A DNA stretch of 63,266 nucleotides, filler included, from Craspedostauros australis (Eukaryota): assembly GCA_030167865.1 (NCBI GenBank). It is 7 parts of 7 records of this genome, joined end to end, with 100 filler letters (N's around TTAATTAATTAA, not from the genome) between each part and the next. Parts side by side here need not be neighbours in the genome. Positions count along the whole stretch, not along the records: positions 20,888 to 24,185 come from JALAGF010001684.1; positions 24,286 to 25,637 come from JALAGF010001685.1; positions 25,738 to 57,724 come from JALAGF010001686.1; 4 more parts are not named here. One strand, given 5' to 3'. Position 1 is the first letter of the stretch. Every line of letters begins with the position of its first letter. This document shows positions 21,884 through 32,122 of this stretch, in pieces. Under the pieces are notes generated by a model. That model was not told the origin of the DNA. It ran no database searches and saw nothing but the letters and a program-made list of their open reading frames with translations. The translations under genes were made by a program, and so were the position numbers.

Positions 21884-22209
21884 CAGCGTCAACACACAAA
21901 CGACAAGTCATTTGAAACGGCCGGAGGGGAGGTATGTAGACCGTATCGCGTAAACCGTATTTATACGGTTTACGTGAATAAATCGCAAGAGCACACTGGA
22001 AAGAATGCCTTGAGTATTGCATAGTCCAAAGAATGGGTCTGAGAACCATCAGAGCGATCTCCCGATACATGTAAAACATCATATTATGTTACATATTCTA
22101 TTATATTACCATTACTATTGCCATCATTCTACTATTCTGCATGCTGATTCCTCAATCCGCCACAAACGCAAGGAAGATAAATCGCTTCCACCGAATGTTC
22201 ACACGTGGC

Positions 22210-24185
22210 CTACGAAATGTCCGTGAGGACGGAGAGTTCATCGTCGTCGAGGCCCACAGATCCCTCCACGCCATCTCCGAGCTCTGATCCAAAAACGAGC
22301 GCTCCGGCACCTCCCCCGGGGCCGTCTTTCGCATCGATGAAGGCTTCCAGCGCTGCGCCTCTTGTGGTGATCGCTCCAGTGAAGATGTCACGGGTGATTC
22401 CAAAGAGGTAGTTGCCTTTTCCGTCGTCGGTGAGACCCTCTGGACGTTTGCGGTTCGGATCGTTGACATGCTTGAGGAACTTCTTGCGGCGCTGCATGAG
22501 GTCGTCCACCTTGATCTTGCAACCCCACGCCTTGTAGTAGTCGACGGCGTGCACGAAGTAATCGCCAGCCATGTCCTCGGAACCGCACTGGAGGTAGTGC
22601 TCTCCTGCCAGCTCGTTGACCATGGCGGCATCGTGGATGCAGCCAGCTCGGATTGCAGTGAGGATCGCGATGTTGTAGGCATGCTGGATCTTGGAGTGCC
22701 GTTTGTTCTTCATGGTGACAGCGAGGTCCTCCGCTTCGAGGATGAGCACTAGATGGATCCAGATTCGTCCTCTGGCCTTGATGATCTTCTTCAGTTTCTT
22801 GGTTTTCTTGCGCAAGATTGTTAAGTGTTGCTGATTCCCTGTCTCCCTGTATCGTTCCGCATTGATGACACCCACGGTGTACAACCCAGCGAGTATGCTT
22901 ATGCATGATGGATCTCCCCTAGTGAGGAACATGAAGGTGGAGAACAAAGAGTCTGCCATCGCATACCGCCGATAGATGAATGCCAAGAATCCTCGGGTGT
23001 AGAGAATCATGCAATCCTTGAGAGAGTCAGATTGATCGAACTTGTCCACAGTGGGATCGCGATGGGATAAAGCTGTAATTGCGTCCCAATCGATTGGATC
23101 TTCTTTCAACATGACCCCGAATAGGTATCGATAGCTGTCTGACAATCCGATGTAAGCCCTGACTTTGAAAGTGTCCAGCTGGTCAAGTGCTTCCTCGTTT
23201 GCCTTGTTTAGCGACTTCAGTTCCAACCCACTGATGAACCCTCGCATGACGCAGCTTTGGTAATTAAGGATACCGATGCCAAATTCCCCAACCTCCATCG
23301 AGCGGTGATACCCTTTCTTGTGATCCCGCATGACATCTTCGAAAGTGAAGCTGAATGGGTTGACGTAGTTCGCCGACGTGAATCGGAACATGCCTTCCAG
23401 ATGCCTTCCATCTGTCTGCGCGAGGATCAGGTCACCGATCTTCATGCATCGTTCGGCCAGAGCTTGCTCTGCCATGGCGCTAAGCACAATTCCATATGCA
23501 CCGAAGGCGCTCACAGATTCTGCGCAGATGCCGTACTTGATAGATGTGCACAGCATCTTGCACAAGTTCATGATCAGCAAAACTGTGCTATTGGTGGCAT
23601 TGGTGCACATTCCAAAGTCTGCACCAATGGTCATGGCGGCGAGCTTCTTCTTATCCGTCATCCAAGGCCTCGCGAGGATCTCTTCGTTGGTGTTGCTCTT
23701 CAGGAAGCGCTTGATCTTCATCATGCTCTTTATAGTGTGCAGCGAGTACCATCGCTTGGGGAATGCATTCAATGATTGGAGCATCTCCAGCTCCATGTTG
23801 AGAGCTGCCATATGGCGATCCTGCCTGGTCAAGGCTCTGGCCATGGAGAAGTGAGTTGGTATCTTCCCTTCCATGGATCTGGCTTTCTCAAGCACCTCGT
23901 CGCACAGCTTGTAGCCGACCTCGTAGTTGCCAATAGACAACTCGACATCAGCACGAGTGCTGTAGACCTGCAAGCAAAGAGCGTAGTGCTCATCACTGTC
24001 CCAGATCGATGTACTGGCAGCAACGTCGCTTGTTGCTGTTCCTTGATTTTTGGGAGGGAGATTGGGGGATCTCTTGCTTCGGACACGCTGCAATGCGCCG
24101 TGTGCCTTTTCGAGATATGTTGCAGCTGCTTCAAGGGCTGCCATCTCCAAGGCCTTCTCGCCAACCTCCAGATTCATGATGACGG
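22210..24185 (-). CDS. C-terminal helical (TPR-like) region of a STAND/AAA-ATPase signalling protein, 5'-truncated
   Basis: 655-aa open frame with NL.VGEKA...AA.EAA.TYL, WDSDEHYALCL..Y, SIKYGICAES..AFGAYG, Y..SMEVGE, LILEAE, AYNIAI..A.RAG.IHDAA..NELAG..YL, A..YYKAWG...KV. These are characteristic of the tail of multi-sensor kinase/AAA_16-type proteins. Confidence 0.7.
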
Positions 24186-24285
24186 NNNNNNNNNNNNNNN
24201 NNNNNNNNNNNNNNNNNNNNNNNNNNNNNTTAATTAATTAANNNNNNNNNNNNNNNNNNNNNNNNNNNNNNNNNNNNNNNNNNNN
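24186..24285. other. Artificial contig spacer
   Basis: N44-TTAATTAATTAA-N44. Confidence 0.97.
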
Positions 24286-25637
24286 TCAAAAGGAGTCACC
24301 ACATCGACAATTCTTCGGAAGCGATCCACCATATGCGGATGCACTCCGCACGTTCGGAGAGGTGGGTGTCGTGAAGACTACCTACGGCGGGATCACCGCT
24401 AAACTCAAGAATAGAGGAGAAGAGATGGTGTTCATCGGATATGCACACCAACATGCCTCAGGGGTCTACAACATGTACAGACCATCGACCAAGTCACTCA
24501 TTTGCTCACGCGACATCAAGTGGCTCAACCAATCATACGGACAGTTCCGTGGCTGGGCACCAGCACCGAACGTATCCAATGAAACAGAAACAATGGACGC
24601 AGACGGCTTCACAACCATCGGACGGAAGGGAGCAACGCCAAGGACGGCAACGCGTCAAGCATCGAAAGCAAAGAGAGTATCTTTCGCTAACAGTAACATG
24701 TACCACATCCTATCGGACAGCGACGATGAGGATAACGAGGAAGATCGGAACGAATCCAATCATGAGGATGACGAGATCCCACCATCCGGCGACGAAGCCG
24801 ACGATGACACAGGCGTCACTCCTCCGAACACACCAACGAGGTCTACACATGATACACCATCCGGACCTCCACCAAGCAAACCAAACAAACGTGACATAGA
24901 CAGAAAGGAGAGGATCCGACGTCACGAAGCACGAGGCAGGAAGGGAGAAGCTAATCCCAAGCCGACTATAGGGAAGAGCATTCCCAGAGCTCTGCGCGAG
25001 CTCGAAGACTTCAACGAACGAGGTCGAAAGGAAGAAGGCTATGAAAGCGATCCATCATCCAATGAGATGAGTGATGAACTCAGCGACGAAATGATCGACG
25101 ACTCCAACAACGAAACTACAGATGATGAAGAAACTGCAGATGAAGGAGAGATTGAGATCACTCACTACAGCACAACAGGATTGTACGGAATGAATGCAAT
25201 CATTACCGAATCACCAGCAATCGACATCGGATTGTCGATGCAGGACGAGAACAAAGAACCAGAGAAGCACATCGAACCTACAACATTCGATGGAGCCTTC
25301 AATCATCCAGACCCTATCCATCGAAAGGGATATCGAGCAGCCATCAAGAAGGAGTTCAACTCCATGGACACACGCAGAGTGTACAGCAAGATCAAACGAG
25401 ACGCCATTCCACGCGGCCGCAGATGCTGCAAATGCAAATGGGTTTTTAAGCTGAAGCGTGACGGCACACATCGAGCGCGGCTCGTTGCATGTGGCTATTC
25501 ACAAGTCGCAGGAGTAGACTTCCAAGAGCACTACTCACCTGTCATCCATGACGTGACCTATCGGGTCATGATGGTGATCATGCTGATTAAGAAGATGGAC
25601 TGCGCACTCGTCGATGTCGTAACGGCATTCCTACATG
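24286..25637 (+). mobile_element. Ty1/copia LTR retrotransposon pol fragment (integrase C-terminus/SH3, acidic linker, start of RT)
   Basis: LRTFGE...KLKNRGEEMVFIGYA...VYNMY..SRDIKW; EPTTF..A...AIKKEFNSM; CKWVFKLKRDG..RARLVACGYSQVAGVDF.E.YSPV; VDVVTAFLH. Uninterrupted frame. Confidence 0.93.
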
Positions 25638-25737
25638 NNNNNNNNNNNNNNNNNNNNNNNNNNNNNNNNNNNNNNNNNNNNTTAATTAATTAANNNNNNN
25701 NNNNNNNNNNNNNNNNNNNNNNNNNNNNNNNNNNNNN
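25638..25737. other. Artificial contig spacer
   Basis: N44-TTAATTAATTAA-N44. Confidence 0.97.
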
Positions 25738-26895
25738 TCCATGGCTCTGTCGATTCCACATTCCATTGATGATGCTTGAGGTTGTCGAGTGTGTTGTCAT
25801 TTCAGGTTTAGTTGGGAAGTACATCAGGTCGGACTGGACATCACGTGTTTGCCGGGCGATGGCCAGACCGAATCTCTGATGTTCTCTCTAGTGTGTCCCT
25901 TATGCCGAAAATCATGTGTCGGAGTAAAGCATCGTTTCAGCACATACCGGGACAGACTAATCAGAAAACGAATCAGGTGAATAAAGCATTGTGCTAATAA
26001 AGGGGTTTGTCTGTGCCGAATGCCTTAGTGGTCGATAGGACGACGTTGGTCTTGCAAAAGCCGGTTCTTGGGACTGGCAAGGTTGGTGGGGCCTCTTGTG
26101 CATCACTTCGATCTTGGTTGCCTTTCTCCTCCTTGGAATCACATGTCGATAACAGATGAAAGAAGATGGAAAATGCAATGGTTGGTTGCCAGTCATAGAA
26201 CCCGGTTAAGACTGGGGTCTTGCCAGGCAACCTGACAAGTAAACTGGATCATACGCTTACCAGTGCAGTAAATATGACTTGGACGCAGGGTTGGAGGGTC
26301 CTGGAGTCTTGGATCCCTCGCAATCTACTTGCAGGGTGCTTGCGATCATGCTTGGTTGCTGGTGCACGCTAGCGAAACTGAAGTCATGCGGGACTCGTGA
26401 AAAGGACGAAGGAAGGACAGAGGAAAACTTGAAATGACTAATCCGATTAAACAGAAACTCTGAGGAGTGTCCTGGTTACGGACCAAGCATGCGTCAAAGT
26501 CTAACTCTAAAACGATGACCAAACAATTGGCCTCCCCTTCAGCCAAAAGATACCAGAGAGAGGAGATACTTGGCGAAGACGATCGATGGTATCTGTCCTG
26601 TCATCAGTCCAAACCGTGGCCGCTTTCACTCTCCGACTCTCCATCCAAGCGCGCGCTGGAGCACTCTAGCATACTCATACTTCAGGCTCGAGAAGAGCGA
26701 AAGAGCATGGCAGAGCATGTACTCTCACTCCACTAAAATACAGTGCGCTGCAGAAGTGTGCACTCTCTGGAGACAAGCTGAACTACGCTAGGCAGAATGG
26801 GATAAAGCTAGAGAGAACTCCCAACCATGCCAGCCCCAAGCAAATTTGTCTCTCGATCTCTTAAACTCAGCAGATCTACTCGATTGATCACAGTA

Positions 26896-29685
26896 TCACG
26901 TGTTCTTCTTGTTCACCACAAACCCGCTTGTCTCGCCTCGTCTCGTTGGCGTGGCAAACCGCCGTTGTTCATCCGTGATGTTCGCCCGCTGCAACACGGA
27001 CTTGATGCCCGCCCAGAGCTTCTTGCGAAGCTTGTTAACGCGGGCGCGTTCGCTGCGTTGCTCGCCGGCGTGCTTGCCGTATGCCAGTGCGTTGACGAGC
27101 ACCAGATCGATGGCTTGCAGTAACTCGTGGCCGTTCCACATGTTCCATTTCTTCAGCAAAGCAATTTTTCCGTTCCTGCTGATAGGTGCTTTGCTGGGTT
27201 GATCATAATTGGCCACGAGGGCATGCACGATGTCGTAGAAGCAGATGGGGTGTCGGATGATCGAGAAGTAGAAAGGATTCGTGTTCTGCTCCATTGGATG
27301 GACGTATGAGTCGCAGCCGGGCTGCCGCAGGAGATCCATAAAGATTTCCAATGCCTGGCGGTACTTCAGATTGGTATTCCAGAACGAAGACCTGTTGATG
27401 GATTTGGGACGCAGAACGTTCGTTGAGCTTGACGAAAAGGCTCTGACCAGACTCCCAACGCTCTCCGCCAGAGATTTTGCATTCAGCTCAAAGGATTCGG
27501 CGGAATCATCATCATCATCGTCGTCGTCATCGTCATCATCATCATGCTCATCTTGTTGCGAACGCCCACGTGCACCAGCAGTGATGCTTGCAGCCGCAGC
27601 CGTTGTTGCGGTAGCCGACGCACTCGTATTCACCGGCGTCGTGCTTCCCTGGTTGATTTCGAATGGGTCCGTGGTCCCGACCATGACGTCGTCGATGGGC
27701 GCAAAAAAGGTGAGGAATTCGCCATCCATAATGGGGCTGTCTCGTTCTTGCCCACCGCCATTGGTTTGCCGCGACGCTGGTTTGACATCCAATATTTCAA
27801 TGACGCTATCATCATCCGAGAGCGCTGCTGCGTTCGCGGTTCGTTTGGCAGGTTTTTGCTGCCCCGATGCCGCCGCGCAGGATGGCGACGCCGTGTTGCG
27901 TGGTCTTTTGCGATTCTTCGGTTTGGGAGGTGGCGCCGCCGCCTTGATCTGGTCAATCTCATCGTCATCATCAATGCAAATGACGTCATCGTCTTCCGGA
28001 TCGAATGTTGAGAGTCCACGCAATGCGCTTTCCAATCGATGGAAGAATGGCAGGTAGGGATGCGCCGTGCTGACCTCCTGGTAGGAGGAGGGAACATCAT
28101 TCGTCAAGCGCTCCAACGATCGCTTGGCCATCGGCCGCAACCGCCCGGCCAGCTTGCTGGTGCTGGATTCGCTCCTGTCGAGCTTTTGGCACGCATTGAG
28201 GATGCACTCGCAGTCATTGCAGATGTGCAGCGCGCCACCGTTCTTTGACAGCCACTTGCGAAGTCCCCAGGATTCCCCGTCCTTCATCCCGCCCAGAAAG
28301 GTATTCTTCATGGTCTCGCACCCTTGCCGTTCCATCGATTTGGCTTCCGCGACCAGCCGTTTGATCTCCGCGATCGCCGCATCGAGATTGTCCTTCGACA
28401 TGATGCGTTTGTTCTTGCTGTAGAACCGTTTTGGCAGAGGCGATATGTAGGCTTGGAAGAACTGGTTTGGCGTCATGGCATCCCGCAGCATGTGATGCAC
28501 GATCTGCTTCTGCGTTGCCGTCGCCAGTCCTTTCCGCAGCTCCTGCTGACAGGCAACGAGAAAATCGACGCAGGGCAGATACCGCGTCACCACCTCCTTC
28601 GTCTTGGTATGTAACCTTTCGATGATATCGGTGCCCGACATGGGCTCCAAAGACAATCCGGAAATGTTGACGCTCATGGCCAGGAGCCATTCCTCGTTGT
28701 TCGCATCCGGCGCAGGAGGCGTGGGCTGCCTCTGCGGTTGGTATTGGAAGTTGCTGTACGTGGCGGTGGCGATCGCATTGCTACCCACTGAGTCGGGAAG
28801 TTGGTGATGCTGCTGCATGTACTGGAGCGAGTTTTGCACATGCGCTGCGCTGATCCCTCGTGCCACAGCCGCGGCGGCGCTTTGGTCTGCAATCAGATTC
28901 GAGGCGAAGGCATTCATGGACATCCCGTAGGCCGCCTGCTGGTGTTGTTGCTGGTGCTGCGCACGTGAAGAGCGATTCGTGCGGTTCCGGCTTCGTTGAT
29001 TGCTCCGCCTGTTGCCGCTGCTGCTACTACTGTTGTTGCCGCCCCCTCCGTTGCTCGCAGTGGCATGATTCCCGGTGCCATTGGTGAACATGTTCGAGTC
29101 CATATCAACGCCTCGCATTGACGCGCCGTACCCCAGAATCGAGTAGGTGCCGGGAGTGTTGTTGTTGTTGTTGCTGCTGTTGGCTGCGACACCGGCGGTA
29201 TTGACGCTGGCGGCGCCATTGCTGCTGCTGCTGCCTCCATTCATGACGCCAACCGCAGTGCCATTGGTGTTGTTGACATCACCAACCTGCAACATCGCGG
29301 AGGGCATCATGGTGTTGTGCGTGGGGTTGTTGTTGACTGCCGCGCGGCCTGTCCGCAACGCGCCCGGGTTGTAGGTGTTGGCCAGCGGACCTTGATCCAT
29401 GAGGTTGAACATGTCGAAGTCATCGGAGCCACCAGCTGGGGCGGGCGTCGTCCTCTGGTACATGTTGGCGGCACCAGGCGAACCTGCCAGATGATGACCT
29501 GCGCTGCCGGAGTGGTGATGACTATGGTGATGATGATGCAGATGGCCGGATCCTGTCGCTGTTACCGCTTGCGCTGTCGTCACTGAAGATCCTCCCGTTG
29601 CGGGCGCTGTGCTGGCGTAGGGAGAAGCAGCCGTTGGTGGGTTGGCGAACGAGTCCAGATCGTACGTCGAGAACTGGCCATTCAT
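26896..29685 (-). CDS. Putative chromatin protein: N/Q/S/G-rich N-terminus, helical central domain, NLS and C-terminal divergent bromodomain
   Basis: ~930-aa ORF from ATG 29685. Basic KPKNRKRPR segment; bromodomain-like LLRQPGCDSYVHPM...FYFSIIRHPICFYDI...AIDLVLVNALAYG. Confidence 0.75.
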   Translation of the reverse strand: MNGQFSTYDLDSFANPPTAASPYASTAPATGGSSVTTAQAVTATGSGHLHHHHHSHHHSGSAGHHLAGSPGAANMYQRTTPAPAGGSDDFDMFNLMDQGPLANTYNPGALRTGRAAVNNNPTHNTMMPSAMLQVGDVNNTNGTAVGVMNGGSSSSNGAASVNTAGVAANSSNNNNNTPGTYSILGYGASMRGVDMDSNMFTNGTGNHATASNGGGGNNSSSSSGNRRSNQRSRNRTNRSSRAQHQQQHQQAAYGMSMNAFASNLIADQSAAAAVARGISAAHVQNSLQYMQQHHQLPDSVGSNAIATATYSNFQYQPQRQPTPPAPDANNEEWLLAMSVNISGLSLEPMSGTDIIERLHTKTKEVVTRYLPCVDFLVACQQELRKGLATATQKQIVHHMLRDAMTPNQFFQAYISPLPKRFYSKNKRIMSKDNLDAAIAEIKRLVAEAKSMERQGCETMKNTFLGGMKDGESWGLRKWLSKNGGALHICNDCECILNACQKLDRSESSTSKLAGRLRPMAKRSLERLTNDVPSSYQEVSTAHPYLPFFHRLESALRGLSTFDPEDDDVICIDDDDEIDQIKAAAPPPKPKNRKRPRNTASPSCAAASGQQKPAKRTANAAALSDDDSVIEILDVKPASRQTNGGGQERDSPIMDGEFLTFFAPIDDVMVGTTDPFEINQGSTTPVNTSASATATTAAAASITAGARGRSQQDEHDDDDDDDDDDDDDSAESFELNAKSLAESVGSLVRAFSSSSTNVLRPKSINRSSFWNTNLKYRQALEIFMDLLRQPGCDSYVHPMEQNTNPFYFSIIRHPICFYDIVHALVANYDQPSKAPISRNGKIALLKKWNMWNGHELLQAIDLVLVNALAYGKHAGEQRSERARVNKLRKKLWAGIKSVLQRANITDEQRRFATPTRRGETSGFVVNKKNT

Positions 29686-32122
29686 GATTGCCACCCCACA
29701 GCTCGCTCGTGGTCGCTGCGGCAAGGTGATACGCTGGTCCAGTCAGGAGCAGCAGCAGCAGCAACAACAACAGTCTGACTGTAGTATTTGCCTGCTCGCC
29801 TCTCTTTCCTGCTTCGCTGCTTTGTTGGTTGCTCTGCGTCGCGCCGTCCTCGTGCCAATTCAGAAGCGCACGAAGCAGAGTGGAGAGCTCTGGAGCAGCA
29901 GCGTATAGTCGTCTATTGTGCTGGTGCGAGTATGTGCGTATGGAATGTCGTAGAGCAGTGCTCCCGTTTCATCCGGGCGGCACAGGGTGGCGGCAAGTGA
30001 TGCGTCTTTGCTGGGAGCCCTGCGCTGGGTGCTGCTCCGTTCCGTTCCGTCCCGTTCTGTCGAGTCGGGATGTATTATCACGAACACTTGAGCAATGAAG
30101 AGTCGGTCGATGAGAACGAAACGCGTTTTGCCTTTCTCTTTCCAGAGGTTTGATTTGGAGGATGACTTGGTTGGCAGTTGCCGTTGGACGCTTTGCCCAA
30201 ACCACCTCTTGGTCTGTCGAATGTTGGCAGGGAGAGAAGCAGGAGTATTACTCTGCTCTGCTCTACTCTACCTTACTCGAGTATGCGTTAGGGTATGCGT
30301 AGTCTACTCGTACCGCTCGTAGCAAGAGTGATGGGATAGCGGCGAGCAGAGCTGAGACGGACGGCCCAACGAAAGGCACACACAAAGACGAAGGAAGGAA
30401 GAAGTTCGCGGGCGGCTCTCTGCGCTCTCGAACCAGCGGCGGGAGGGGTGAAGTCTACGCGAACAAAGTCCGGCCATGGGTGGTGGCGAAGAATCTCATC
30501 AACCTCAACGACCACACAGAGAGAGCAACCACGACAACAATCACGACAACCAAGACGGCGCCTGGAACAATCACGACAACGCTCGGAACAGAACCAGTAG
30601 CACAACCACCACAAAAGGGAGAGGACGAACCAAAAAAGGGCATTGTGTGTGTGGTCATGGTGATGTTTCACAATTCACTCCAAGAAACTCTTTTCTATGA
30701 GCTAGCTTAGTCCCAACAAGGCAGAAGAATTATGTCTCATCATCACCGTAGCACTAAGTAAAAATCAATGTTGATGACGTATGTGCGCGAAGAAAATGTC
30801 GGAACGGACCAATCGTTCAGGCCATCACAACAATGTTGCGCAGCATCGTTCCAAGTGAACACCCAAACTCGTCTGTGCCAATACTAACAGCTGGTGGGTT
30901 GGAATGCTTGGACGATGATGATCGAGAGCGCTGAACAGCAAAGGGCAGGGGCAAAGGCAATCAAATGCTGTTCTGATCTCCTCTTTGAAGATTGGTAGAG
31001 AAGCAAAATATGGTCTTCTGCTCCCGAGTACTTCGCTCCAACCGGCTGCGTGATATTATTGCGAGGAATTCTGCTTCACTCCACAAGCTTTCTCACAAAC
31101 CTTCTTTTGCCATATATTCTCATAGAGTATGTAATACCAATGCACTCTCTCGATCTGCTGGAGGAAGCATCCATATTATTCTACATTCAGTATTATACTC
31201 TTTGTTAGAGGATCATGGTCGGCTACAACAGCAACGACACTGAAATTCTTGCTCCAACTGAACTCGCATTCTGCGCACTTTTGGTTTCTCGAATCACAAC
31301 ATCACCAGAATCTCATTCATTTTTGCAAAGTGCTGGCAACAGTGTGATTATGTGATGGACACAGTTTCCTAAACACGTGTGTCGGTGACATGTCGCATTG
31401 ACACAGTTTCCAACGCGCACGTCGACCCCCACAACCGTCCACACATCACCGTTCCAATTTTTGGCGCGAAAACTTTGCGCCAACAACAAACGAATCAACG
31501 CATGAAGAGGATGCGCAGAGTCCCATACCGACAGGCATGCCCGACTGATTCACCGGGCATTGACAAGAGTGCTTGCAATCGCAGTAGGAGCACACATCCT
31601 ACAAAACGAACAGAAGCACCGGCGCCTTCCTTTCGGTACTCCATCCATGACTCGCATCCCCGCACCTGCGCAACCGACCGACAAGATGACGGAACGAACT
31701 GCTTGAAGGTCCGATTCGGCCACCAAGAAATGAAGCAAGAAAGAGATGGGTGCAGCAAGATAGCAAGATGACTTGTCGTGGAAGAAAACATGACGGTGGT
31801 CATTGAAGGTGCCACATCGCCTCGCGGGTCATCCTTCCCACTTCCTGCGACTTGTTGCCACGCACCAGACCACGCCGCGTTGCATGTTCGTGCAATTGCA
31901 GCAACACGAACGGCAGCAACCAAGAATCCATTTCATCAAAAGCAAAGCAATTGAAAGCACTTGGACTGGACTGGAATCATCACCACTGTCCGCACAATCT
32001 CCAATTCGTTGAATCGTCAAAGCAGACAAGACAGCGAGACCGAGGGCAAGGACATCAGCCATCATCATCAGTCATCATCAGTCATCATCGGCAGCAGCAT
32101 CATCATCAACAAGGAGACGGAG

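Noticed and set aside
25738..26800. Possible TE end or short ORFs at the contig start
   Set aside because: No recognisable protein motif, TIR, PBS or LTR could be supported.
30288..30710. Short hydrophobic or Cys-rich ORFs on both strands
   Set aside because: Explained by ACAACAATCACGAC-type low-complexity repeats in a divergent promoter region; no codon bias or family motif.
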